Below, one piece after another: positions 36,825 through 45,436 of a DNA stretch of 64,000 bases. The first letter of the stretch is position 1, and each line of letters starts with the position of its first letter. Under the pieces are notes generated by a model, which did no database searches, was not told the origin of the DNA, and saw only the letters and a list, made by a program, of their open reading frames with translations. This DNA comes from Candidatus Berkelbacteria bacterium (GTDB lineage: Bacteria > Patescibacteriota > UBA1384 > XYA2-FULL-43-10 > 1-14-0-10-43-13): positions 47,186 to 111,185 of the forward strand of contig JBAWZC010000002.1 in NCBI GenBank assembly GCA_037143235.1, in the 5' to 3' direction. Both the position numbers and the translations under genes were made by a program.

Positions 36825-37397
36825 TTAGTCTCTCTTGACCAACCCATTAAAAGTCAATTCTTTGTAATCAAGCATCCTGATACCGTTTTGCTTGTAAATT
36901 TGCGTCGTCGAAAACATCTTCTTGTCTTTGGGGTCAAGACCGAGCATCTCAATCGCTTTATCAACTTTTTCCCAGCTGTTACTCTCAATCTCAAGATATG
37001 GATTTAGCTGGGGACAAAAGTCAATGTCAAATTCGACATCACCAAAGAAATATCGAATGCGCCTCTTTTCCTCATAAAATTTCTGAGTAAGTCCGATACT
37101 CTCCAATATTTTCGCTGTTTGCACAAAATCGGTGACGATTGTCTCATGCTCAAGCATGCCATCATCATTTTTGATCCCGTCTTTAGCGCCCAGTCTGTGC
37201 TTGAAAGTCAATGTGATCTTATCTCCCTCGTCCCGAAGCCTGACCCAAGAATTTTCTTGGTCCAGTCGAAGATCAGGATAATCAAAAACCTTGATCTTAA
37301 AAATACGGTCAAAAGCTTTCTTTGACCCAATCTCCAAAATTTTCTTTTCAATTTTTTCTGCGTCAATATCCAAAAACTTTACTTCTATTTCTTCCAT
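36825..37397 (-). CDS. CYTH-domain protein (triphosphate tunnel metalloenzyme; class IV adenylate cyclase / thiamine-triphosphatase family)
   Basis: 190 aa. The N-terminal EIEVKF motif is the CYTH ExExK signature and the length fits. Confidence 0.55.
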   Translation of the reverse strand: MEEIEVKFLDIDAEKIEKKILEIGSKKAFDRIFKIKVFDYPDLRLDQENSWVRLRDEGDKITLTFKHRLGAKDGIKNDDGMLEHETIVTDFVQTAKILESIGLTQKFYEEKRRIRYFFGDVEFDIDFCPQLNPYLEIESNSWEKVDKAIEMLGLDPKDKKMFSTTQIYKQNGIRMLDYKELTFNGLVKRD

Positions 37398-37463
37398 AAT
37401 CTTCCTTTTTACATTTCTCGACTTAACTGTATAATATCCTTACCGACCAACCAATGAATTTGA

Positions 37464-38285
37464 TTAAATCCGATAAATCTCTCTGTTGTACTCCCCTACG
37501 CCAACAAATTCGGCTTTGCCCGTAATGATTTTTTCCATTGCCTCGCAAGCATAGCAACCAGATCGCTCGCATGCAAAATCATTGTTCTTCCGTGCTTCTT
37601 TGATCTTCGTCGCTATTTCCATCACTCTTTTCTCCGACTCAACTAGCGATGGCAATTCGGCATCAACCATCTCGCCCTTGTCTAGATACCAATAACTCGC
37701 TTTTCTAATTTTGCGCTTCTGACAGTGTTCCAAAAGTAATCTATAGATAGCCAACTGGAGAGAATTTTTCGATTCTTCGTTCTTGCCGGTCTTGAAATCA
37801 ATAATATCGACGGTGTCATCGTCAGGATTATATTTGACCCAGTCAACTTTGCCACAAAGAATAATATTTTGCGCTTCGCTCAGCCAGTACCATGGCAGAT
37901 CCTGCTTCAGCTTAATCGCTTTTTCCAGCAGTGGCCCAGGATTTCTCTCCACATTCTCTAGCATAGTCAGTGCTCTGGCCTTATATTGCATTTCTTCTGT
38001 CTCATCTTTGAAACCACCAATCTTGCCCTGGACTTTTCGCCATTTGACACTCAGAAGAACTTTGAAAGGAATATCAAAGCGTTTCTCGGCTGGCAACTCA
38101 GACAAAGACTCTAGCACATCATGCACCACCAGACCGAGCGATAGATGAGGATTGGTCAAGGTAACTTTGCGTCCAGTTTCTGGATTTTTATAAACATTAT
38201 TCAAAAAATACAACCTCGGACAGCGAAGGAAGTCATTGATAGACGAATGTGAGACCCAAATTGCACTAAATTTATCACCTGCCAT
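37464..38285 (-). CDS. PD-(D/E)xK nuclease, Cas4/RecB-like with Fe-S Cys cluster
   Basis: 273 aa with a VDIIDFKTGK core (D...D/E-x-K). Cys22 near the N-terminus plus the C-terminal CERSGCYAC matches the Cas4/AddB 4-Cys pattern. Confidence 0.6.
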   Translation of the reverse strand: MAGDKFSAIWVSHSSINDFLRCPRLYFLNNVYKNPETGRKVTLTNPHLSLGLVVHDVLESLSELPAEKRFDIPFKVLLSVKWRKVQGKIGGFKDETEEMQYKARALTMLENVERNPGPLLEKAIKLKQDLPWYWLSEAQNIILCGKVDWVKYNPDDDTVDIIDFKTGKNEESKNSLQLAIYRLLLEHCQKRKIRKASYWYLDKGEMVDAELPSLVESEKRVMEIATKIKEARKNNDFACERSGCYACEAMEKIITGKAEFVGVGEYNREIYRI

Positions 38286-38321
38286 AGTTCTATTCTAGTC
38301 GAAATATCACATTAAAGCTAA

Positions 38322-38819
38322 TCAATCATTGTCAGAAAATGCCCCGAAAATATCATAAGAATATACTGTCGTCGGTTCGTCCCGATCATTTGTCGTCTCA
38401 CTAAGATATTTCCAGCCCATCTTCTCGTATAGTCCATGAGCAGTTTCAGTATGAAGGTATATTTTCTTTATTCCCATATCTTTTGCTTTTCTTATAGCCG
38501 CCTCGATCAATCGCTGAGCGATACCATGGCCGCGAAAATCTTTATCGACATAGACAGAGGCAAGCCATGGCGTAAGATCTAGCCGTTTTTCTAGATCATC
38601 CTCGACTATTGCGATAGTCCCGATGCATTGGTCTTTTTCGAAAGCGATTATGATCTGCGGCACTTTGTCCAAGCTTAACCCTTGCTCAATTTTCACCTTC
38701 TTTTTCGCAATTCCCTGTTCGGTTTTATCGCTCCCCCACTCCAAACACCAAAATTCTGCAACCTTACCAACAAATTGATTTTGATTCACCAAATTATCAA
38801 TTTGAATATTATTTTTCAC
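38322..38819 (-). CDS. GNAT-family N-acetyltransferase
   Basis: 165 aa with an acetyl-CoA motif (RGHGIAQRLIEAAIRKA). Confidence 0.7.
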   Translation of the reverse strand: MKNNIQIDNLVNQNQFVGKVAEFWCLEWGSDKTEQGIAKKKVKIEQGLSLDKVPQIIIAFEKDQCIGTIAIVEDDLEKRLDLTPWLASVYVDKDFRGHGIAQRLIEAAIRKAKDMGIKKIYLHTETAHGLYEKMGWKYLSETTNDRDEPTTVYSYDIFGAFSDND

Positions 38820-38839
38820 CTAAATGAACATATTTTTAT

Positions 38840-39466
38840 TTAGACTTTACACAACAAATCTATCGCCTCAACTAGTTTGCCACTAAAATTGACATCCATA
38901 TTAATCGCCTGACAGCTATATTTCTCACTTTCTTTTTCAAAGTATTTGCTATATTCAGAAATCATAGCTGCAATTTTCCCATAAGTGTCTTCATTTTTTG
39001 TCCGAGCGATAATCCAATCATTTGGAGTAGTACTTTTTCGAATGTTTTGAACAAATAATTCTTGATCAAGTTTAATCAAAAATATACTCTTAATTTTCCC
39101 TTCGAATTTTTTACTTAGCCCTGCAACTAACTCAGGCTCCACATGATAGCCTTCGATAATAAAATCGTTTCCATCAGCTATCTCACATTCTGCAAACATT
39201 TCAATCGCTCGATAAACGGTTTTTGCCTGTTCTGTGTAAGCATTGATAATCTCATGGGCCGAATATTTCCCGTATTTTTCATCATTACTACCGCACCTCT
39301 GACCTCCAACTGGAAATTTGGTCGTTAAATCATTCTGACCCATATATGGTTTTATAACGTTTTGGAGGGTATCGGTGGAGACCCACGGCATTCCAAGGGT
39401 TTTTGATAATGTTTTTGCCAGTGTAGTTTTACCACATTTTGGTGGACCGCCAATCAAATAAATCAT
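38840..39466 (-). CDS. P-loop NTPase, small-molecule/nucleotide kinase-like
   Basis: 208 aa with Walker A GGPPKCGKTT at residue 6. Confidence 0.5.
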   Translation of the reverse strand: MIYLIGGPPKCGKTTLAKTLSKTLGMPWVSTDTLQNVIKPYMGQNDLTTKFPVGGQRCGSNDEKYGKYSAHEIINAYTEQAKTVYRAIEMFAECEIADGNDFIIEGYHVEPELVAGLSKKFEGKIKSIFLIKLDQELFVQNIRKSTTPNDWIIARTKNEDTYGKIAAMISEYSKYFEKESEKYSCQAINMDVNFSGKLVEAIDLLCKV

Positions 39467-39486
39467 TTTATTTATTTCCGTTTTTA

Positions 39487-39864
39487 TTAATTGATAATAT
39501 TTCCGCTTCTTTCTTGTGGCACAGCATTGATCTGCTCCACAGCACCGCGCAATTTCTTGTGGTTGGCGATATAGTCTTGCAACGACGCCTCCATTTCTTT
39601 CATGAGCGAATACATCAGACCCTCGGCCTGCACGAGCTGGATCATATTTTCAGCCGAAGGACTCTGCCCATCAGCAAGATTTTGTTTCCACTGATTTGTC
39701 AATTCGATCAACTTGGCCTGCATCTCTTTTTGTTCATCCCGAAGATTTACTACTTCGTTAATCAGAAAAGATAAGGTGTCACCAGCTGCACGAATCTGGT
39801 CAATTTTCATCTCCTGATCTTGAACTTCAGGCTCTTGCCCTGTATATTCAGTTCTTCCAATCAT
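39487..39864 (-). CDS. coiled-coil protein, unknown function
   Basis: 125 aa, Gln/Glu/Leu-rich heptads. Confidence 0.4.
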   Translation of the reverse strand: MIGRTEYTGQEPEVQDQEMKIDQIRAAGDTLSFLINEVVNLRDEQKEMQAKLIELTNQWKQNLADGQSPSAENMIQLVQAEGLMYSLMKEMEASLQDYIANHKKLRGAVEQINAVPQERSGNIIN

Positions 39865-40016
39865 TCTCCTCCTCTTGAGATTATATAATGCTAAATATTT
39901 TTCATCTAAATACTAGCACTTTACGCATATTTAGCAAACGGCCGGATGGGCCGTTCGAAACACTTCAGATATGCATACCCCCCCTAACTCCCCCTATCTT
40001 AGGGGGAGGAAAATAC

Positions 40017-40049
40017 TAAAACACCTCATACATCTGAGGTGTTTGTAAT
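40017..40049. terminator. conserved hairpin terminator (aaacacctca-N6-tgaggtgttt family)
   Basis: aaaacacctcatacatctgaggtgtttgtaatt. Two further hairpins lie just upstream (aaacggccggatgggccgtt, ctccccctatcttagggggag). Confidence 0.6.
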
Positions 40050-40096
40050 TACGATCAATATTACCTGATTAACTGTGAGTGTTATATTATTGTCAT

Positions 40097-40137
40097 AATG
40101 TAATAATTAGTACGCTATAGCTTGGTAATTGTTACAT
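40097..40137. repeat. 42-nt palindromic direct repeat, copy 1 (gtaataattaGtacgctatagcttggtaattGttac)
   Basis: About 90% identical to the copy at 40697-40738. Its internal arms gtaataattac / gtaattattac are exact reverse complements. Overlaps the stop codon of the PaaX-like gene. Confidence 0.6.
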
Positions 40138-40674
40138 TGGGGATTGATCGAGATTGAAATAGCGAATAAGTTTGCTCTGAATTGGGAGATGATCCGTATT
40201 TAGATAAACGACAAATGGCGCAATGCTCAGGTTTTGTGCGATGATCGCGACCTCCTCTTTACATTCATACGGATACGCCCAGAGACTCTTTTGCACTTTA
40301 TAAAATCCAGACTCTTTTAACTTGTCCTTGAAACAATCACGCTCTTTCTTGTATTTTTCCGGAACATCCCAACAGACGATATGCCACAAACCATCCCATT
40401 CCTCATCTTCAGCTGGTGCATTTATCTGAATATCCTCTACCTGAATCATCTTCAGCAGCCGCATACCTTTTTTGCTTAATGTGATCTCTTCGCCAGAAAG
40501 ATATATTAATTTATCGTCGAACAATTTCTTGATAATTTTCTTGTTGTAATATTTATCCTGTCGCTTTACAACTTTGAGTGCTTGGAGAGCATTCGGCACA
40601 AGTAGCAATACCCCGACCAAGAATGCGGCTCCTATCACTTTTAGCACTACCTTTTTCTTTTCCGATATCCTCAT
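40132..40674 (-). CDS. PaaX-C-terminal-domain-like protein with N-terminal TM helix
   Basis: 180 aa. WDGLWHIVCWDVPEKYKKERDCFKDKLKESGFYKVQKSLWAYP matches the PaaX_C pattern W-G-W-x-v-fdvPE...R...lr..L...GF..lq.SvW. Confidence 0.5.
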   Translation of the reverse strand: MRISEKKKVVLKVIGAAFLVGVLLLVPNALQALKVVKRQDKYYNKKIIKKLFDDKLIYLSGEEITLSKKGMRLLKMIQVEDIQINAPAEDEEWDGLWHIVCWDVPEKYKKERDCFKDKLKESGFYKVQKSLWAYPYECKEEVAIIAQNLSIAPFVVYLNTDHLPIQSKLIRYFNLDQSPM

Positions 40675-40696
40675 ATATACATTATACCAAATACCA

Positions 40697-40738
40697 AAAT
40701 GTAATAATTACTGCGCTATAGCTTGGTAATTATTACAT
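40697..40738. repeat. 42-nt palindromic direct repeat, copy 2
   Basis: aaaatgtaataattactgcgctatagcttggtaattattacat, 23 nt upstream of the PaaX-like start codon. Confidence 0.6.
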
Positions 40739-40820
40739 AAATATTTAGGGGGGCACCAATTTTTGCTGCTGCTTTGCGACAAGGTATTTGCGACAGGTAT
40801 CTGTGTTGCGTTCGGCTACG

Positions 40821-41165
40821 CTATCTCAAGATTTTTGACTTGAAATACTTTTCTTGGAAATTAACCATCTTCATGATCGCACCGTCATCCAAATCTTCAG
40901 CAGCACCAGGGGTGGCAACAATGAGTTTGTCATCGTCATCATCCAACCGATGAATTATCGCAATACACTTGCCAACCGATCTCTCAACAGGCTTGCTCTC
41001 ACCAAGCAAATAAACATCTATTTCTTCGCCGTCACCAGAAATCGTATCTGGCACATAACCATAGTTCACTTCGTAATATATGTCATGTTTAGGATGCTTA
41101 GTTCCGAGCGGCCGATCAATCACGACCTCTATCAGCTTGCCAATGTATTTACTAAAATCAGTCAT
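40821..41165 (-). CDS. inorganic pyrophosphatase-like protein (short)
   Basis: 114 aa. IEVVIDRPLGTKHPKHDIYYEVNYGYVPDTISGDGEEIDVYLLG resembles family I PPase motifs (EVVIEIP...DGDPLDVLV) but is truncated relative to ~175 aa. Confidence 0.4.
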   Translation of the reverse strand: MTDFSKYIGKLIEVVIDRPLGTKHPKHDIYYEVNYGYVPDTISGDGEEIDVYLLGESKPVERSVGKCIAIIHRLDDDDDKLIVATPGAAEDLDDGAIMKMVNFQEKYFKSKILR

Positions 41166-41781
41166 TTTCTTCCTTTGTGATGTTTTCTATTAGTTCGGGA
41201 AATTGTTTAACACTCACATGGCCGTAGCCATTCAAGACGACAGACTTGGCAGTTGGCAGCGATATCTGGAATTTTTCAAAATCAGTCACAGGAACTATCG
41301 GATCATCGACACTGTGATAAATATAAATCTTTCCAACCTGCTTAGTAATGTTTTCTAGGTTTTCTGGAATAGTAAAATCCGCAACTTTAACCGTGTCATT
41401 ATGAGCGGGGGCAATCAAGTGCAATTGAGAGATTATCTTCGGAAAAGTATTTTCCGCCAAATATTTAGCTAAAAATGTTCCACCAAGTGAACTACCGATG
41501 AGAATAACCTCGTCAGACAAAAACGGCAACATCCGCTCAAACCAAATTTTCCACTCCACATATCGAGCGTTTTCTTTGTTTGGCATTTGAGGCAACAGCA
41601 CTTCAAAGCCTTCGCCCAAATCTTCATCTAAAGTACTTTTCCAATCAGTCTTTTTTGGGAACCATTTTATACTTACCTCACAGGTCTTCAGATTATTTAA
41701 AAAATCATCGTTTGTTTCAAACGACTCACCGCCTCGGATAAGAATAACTTGCTTGTTACCTATCACACTATTCCTTGCCAT
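41158..41781 (-). CDS. alpha/beta-fold serine hydrolase (YdeN/RBBP9-like)
   Basis: 207 aa with a nucleophile-elbow-like LIGSSLGG and a C-terminal His (GYGHVSV). Confidence 0.5.
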   Translation of the reverse strand: MARNSVIGNKQVILIRGGESFETNDDFLNNLKTCEVSIKWFPKKTDWKSTLDEDLGEGFEVLLPQMPNKENARYVEWKIWFERMLPFLSDEVILIGSSLGGTFLAKYLAENTFPKIISQLHLIAPAHNDTVKVADFTIPENLENITKQVGKIYIYHSVDDPIVPVTDFEKFQISLPTAKSVVLNGYGHVSVKQFPELIENITKEEND

Positions 41782-41893
41782 CTTTTTTCTTCTCTTCCTC
41801 TTGCTCTTTTTGATCTTGTTCGGCCCTAGCGATCAGCTCCTGAATATCAGCCGGTAACTTATCATTTTTTGCCATTGTTTTCCTCATTCTAAT

Positions 41894-42418
41894 TTATTTT
41901 TCTATTCCGTATCCGCCAAGGACAGGATCCTTAAAAAGAAAGTTTTTGGGCGGAAAATAGGTAAAGAGCGAAAATGCCAGCAAGAGCAGCACTGTCATCA
42001 TGGCGGAAATGGTTTTGAAACCCCAAACTTTCCTTGCCGTTTCCAGACGGTAGGCCAAAATATGACCAAGTATGACAGCAACAATGAAATTTGCGATGTC
42101 GATAAGGAAAAAATCACCGACAGTAGCAAGCGATGCATAAAATACCAAGATGATGAAAACCGGCATCACAAAAAGTTTTTTTGCTTGAGCTAGACAAAAA
42201 TTTGGCACATTTCTACCGATAGAATAGTAGGCAATCGCAGAAAAGATGAACGCTGGCCAAAACGCCAACTTCAAGTGTTCCCAAGTACTTTCATTGACCG
42301 CACCAAAAAAGGCAACCGGCTTGAGATTTCCGGACCAACCATAGACAAAATGTAGCAATGATCCGATGACGATAGTGCCGACCGCACTCCAAATCTCAAA
42401 CTTCTTTAGTCTTTCCAC
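41894..42418 (-). CDS. membrane protein (5 TM), unknown function
   Basis: 174-aa hydrophobic ORF. Confidence 0.45.
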   Translation of the reverse strand: MERLKKFEIWSAVGTIVIGSLLHFVYGWSGNLKPVAFFGAVNESTWEHLKLAFWPAFIFSAIAYYSIGRNVPNFCLAQAKKLFVMPVFIILVFYASLATVGDFFLIDIANFIVAVILGHILAYRLETARKVWGFKTISAMMTVLLLLAFSLFTYFPPKNFLFKDPVLGGYGIEK

Positions 42419-42432
42419 TGGCCTCCTTTTTT

Positions 42433-42461
42433 AAAACACCTCACATATATGAGGTGTTTGG
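42433..42461. terminator. conserved hairpin terminator (same family)
   Basis: aaaacacctcacatatatgaggtgtttgg, immediately after the argS stop. Confidence 0.6.
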
Positions 42462-42464
42462 CTT

Positions 42465-44096
42465 TTACATCTTGTCTGGAGCTTCGATGCTGCACAGATT
42501 TAAAACATTTTTTAGAACTGATTTTGTAGCTAAAATAAGAGCGAGACGAGCAGTTCTGATCTCAACCGCTTCGTCAACGATCCGACAGCTACCATAAAAA
42601 TCATGAAATAGCTTCGCAATTTTGTAAGCGTAATGGGGGAGTGACTGAACTTGAAAATCAATGGCAACTTCCGACACAATTTCGGGAAATTTAATAATCT
42701 CCTTCATCAGAGAGACCTCTTTTTCGTTGGTCAGAAGCGAGAGATCGGCGCCAGCCGCGTCCTCCCCTGTCTTGGCCAAAATACTGCAGATCCTTGCATG
42801 AGCGTATTTGATATAGAAAACTGGATTTTTTTCCGAGCGGTCAGCGGCCAGATCAATGTCAAAATCAAATGGAGTATTTAGGTTCTGCGAGAGAATAAAA
42901 TATTTATAGGCATCTGGCTGAACACCCGCCTCTATCACCTCTTTCAGAGTGACAAAATTGCCGAGACGCTTGCCCATGCTGAAGGACTTCCCCGCTTTGG
43001 TCAGTCGGATAAATTGATACAGGACGATCTCCAAGATGTCCTCGCTGTAGCCGAGAGCCTTCATCGCCGCCTTCATCCTTGGGATATGACCGGAACTATT
43101 TGCACCCCAAACATCAATAATTTTATCGAAGCCGCGGCCGATCTTGTCAAGGTGGTAGCTAATATCGTTCGCAAAGTAAGTTAGGGTTTTGCCTGCGTCG
43201 CTCTTTACCAAAACTGACTCTAGGTCCTCGAGGTTGGCATCATCCGGTCGTTTGAACCAGATTGCCCCATCTTTTTCGGCCGTAAAGCCCAGCTGTTTCA
43301 GCTTTTCTATCGCCTCTTTTGACCTGCCCGTCTCTGAAAATTCACTTTCATAACTAAATTTATCAAAAACAATCCCCAGCAATTTGGCATCCTGTTTGAT
43401 TTTCTCAATCATCAACCTTAGACCCTCTTCGCGGAAAAGTTTCAACATTTCACTCTCATTATTCGCAATAATAGCAAGTTTATCAGCGTAGTTTTTCTGA
43501 ACTTCTTCAGAAGTTTCCTTGATATAGGCCGCCGGATACCCACCCTCTGGAAACTCTAGCGCTGGATTTGCTTTGACCAGATACCAATAAGCCAGCGAAC
43601 GCTCGAACTTACCGATCTGAATACCAACATCATTAACATAATATTCGCGCGTCACATCGTAACCCAAAAATTCATAAACATTGGCAATAGCGGCGCCGAT
43701 CGGACCGCTTCTGGCATTGCCAACATGTAGCGGACCAGTCGGATTGGCCGAGATATATTCGACATTAACTGTCTTACCCTTACCAACGCTCGTCCGTCCG
43801 TATAGTTCTTTTTGCTCCAAAATCTTGGCCAGCTCCGAGAGAATAATCTCTGATTTTAAGGTAATATTGATAAAGCCGGGGCCAGCTATCTCCGCTTTTT
43901 CTATCTCTGGAAGCTTGACCAAAAGCTCGATCACTTTGGCAGCATTTTCGCGTGGATTGCCCGAGATGACCATCGCCAGATTTGTCGCAAAGTCACCCAT
44001 CGAACTGCGTGGTGGCACCTCGACATTAAAATTAGCCGAGCCAAAACCCAGCTCCTCAGCAATCGCACTCAATTTTTCAGTAACAAATTTTTTCAT
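42465..44096 (-). CDS. argS: arginine--tRNA ligase
   Basis: 543 aa with the HIGH-class motif (PTGPLHVGNARS), a DALR anticodon-binding C-terminus and typical length. Confidence 0.85.
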   Translation of the reverse strand: MKKFVTEKLSAIAEELGFGSANFNVEVPPRSSMGDFATNLAMVISGNPRENAAKVIELLVKLPEIEKAEIAGPGFINITLKSEIILSELAKILEQKELYGRTSVGKGKTVNVEYISANPTGPLHVGNARSGPIGAAIANVYEFLGYDVTREYYVNDVGIQIGKFERSLAYWYLVKANPALEFPEGGYPAAYIKETSEEVQKNYADKLAIIANNESEMLKLFREEGLRLMIEKIKQDAKLLGIVFDKFSYESEFSETGRSKEAIEKLKQLGFTAEKDGAIWFKRPDDANLEDLESVLVKSDAGKTLTYFANDISYHLDKIGRGFDKIIDVWGANSSGHIPRMKAAMKALGYSEDILEIVLYQFIRLTKAGKSFSMGKRLGNFVTLKEVIEAGVQPDAYKYFILSQNLNTPFDFDIDLAADRSEKNPVFYIKYAHARICSILAKTGEDAAGADLSLLTNEKEVSLMKEIIKFPEIVSEVAIDFQVQSLPHYAYKIAKLFHDFYGSCRIVDEAVEIRTARLALILATKSVLKNVLNLCSIEAPDKM

Positions 44097-44107
44097 ATCA
44101 AATTCAA

Positions 44108-45286
44108 TTACCTTATTTTGTACACTCTCAATTTGCCGATCTGCACAATCGTGCCAACAGCTAATTTAATCGTCTCATCAAGAGCGGTAATTTTTACAGA
44201 ATCGATTTTTAATCCACCCTGCTCGACGAGCCGACGAGCATCAGATCGTGAAACGGTCGTGTCCAGCGCGACGATCAGATCGATAGGCAGATACTCTTTG
44301 CCCGAGAGAGAAACTTCAATCACATTGGCGGAAACTTCTCTATTAGAAAATACACGAGTAAACTCGTCCTTAGCCGCCTTTGCTGCTGCATCACCATGAT
44401 AAATAGTCACAATCTCGGTTGCAAGCAACATCTTTATCTCCTTGGGATTTTCGCCATCAAGTCTTTTCTTGATCTCCAGTAATTTTGCTTCACCGTAATT
44501 AGCGGCCAATTCAAAATATTCCATCAGAGCACTGTCCGGGATCGACATAATCTTGCCAAACATATTGTCTGCCGATTCGGTGATCGCAATATAATTGTCC
44601 TTTGATTTGCTCATCTTGATCTTGCCGTCAGTACCCACGAGCAATTTGAAGATCATAATATCCTGAGGTTTTTGCCCCGTCTTTTTCTGATATGAACGAC
44701 CAGCCAAAATATTGAATCTCTGATCGCTGCCGCCAACCTCAATATCGGCCCTTAGCATGACAGAATCATAGGCCTGCATCACAGGATAGAGCAATTCATG
44801 AAGCCCAATCTCAGTATTGCCTGAAAGTCTTTTCTGAAAATCATCTCGCTCCAAGATCGAGGAAACAGTAAACTTGGCGGTAATCTGCAGAATTTCAGCG
44901 AAGCTCAAATCAGCAAACCACTCAGAATTATAACGAATTTCTGTCTTGTCGATATCCAATATTTTGCCAACCTGCTCAAAATAAGTATCGGCATTGACCT
45001 TAATCTCGGAGTCTGACAAAATCGGCCGAGTTGTATTTACGCCAGACGGATCGCCGATCTTAGTCGTATAGTCGCCAATCAAGAATATAATAGTATGACC
45101 AGCATCCTGCAACGCTTTCAGCTTCCAAAGCACTACAGCATGACCAAGATGAATATCAGGACGAGTCGGATCAACACCAAACTTAATTCGCAACTTTTCG
45201 CCCGACGCTAGTCGATCACGCAAAGACTTTTCGTCAATCAGATCGAGTACTCCATTTTTGAAAAAATCTGTTGATAAATTGTTCAT
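44108..45286 (-). CDS. tyrS: tyrosine--tRNA ligase
   Basis: 392 aa with HLGH (PDIHLGHAV), KMSKS and a C-terminal S4 domain. Confidence 0.85.
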   Translation of the reverse strand: MNNLSTDFFKNGVLDLIDEKSLRDRLASGEKLRIKFGVDPTRPDIHLGHAVVLWKLKALQDAGHTIIFLIGDYTTKIGDPSGVNTTRPILSDSEIKVNADTYFEQVGKILDIDKTEIRYNSEWFADLSFAEILQITAKFTVSSILERDDFQKRLSGNTEIGLHELLYPVMQAYDSVMLRADIEVGGSDQRFNILAGRSYQKKTGQKPQDIMIFKLLVGTDGKIKMSKSKDNYIAITESADNMFGKIMSIPDSALMEYFELAANYGEAKLLEIKKRLDGENPKEIKMLLATEIVTIYHGDAAAKAAKDEFTRVFSNREVSANVIEVSLSGKEYLPIDLIVALDTTVSRSDARRLVEQGGLKIDSVKITALDETIKLAVGTIVQIGKLRVYKIR

Positions 45287-45436
45287 TTTGATACCTATGT
45301 AAAAATAATTACTAATTTATTGGCCAAATCATCATTTGTAGCCTCAGGTTTCTCCCTGATTTTTTCTTGCTTCTATTTACATCCTAACAATATCACCGTA
45401 TAATGTAAAGCTAAGAGGGGTATAAATTTTATAAAA

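Noticed and set aside
40854-41180. ORF 40854..41180(+) antisense to the PPase-like gene
   Set aside because: Overlaps entirely. Its translation is low-complexity. The minus-strand ORF carries the recognisable PPase-like motifs.
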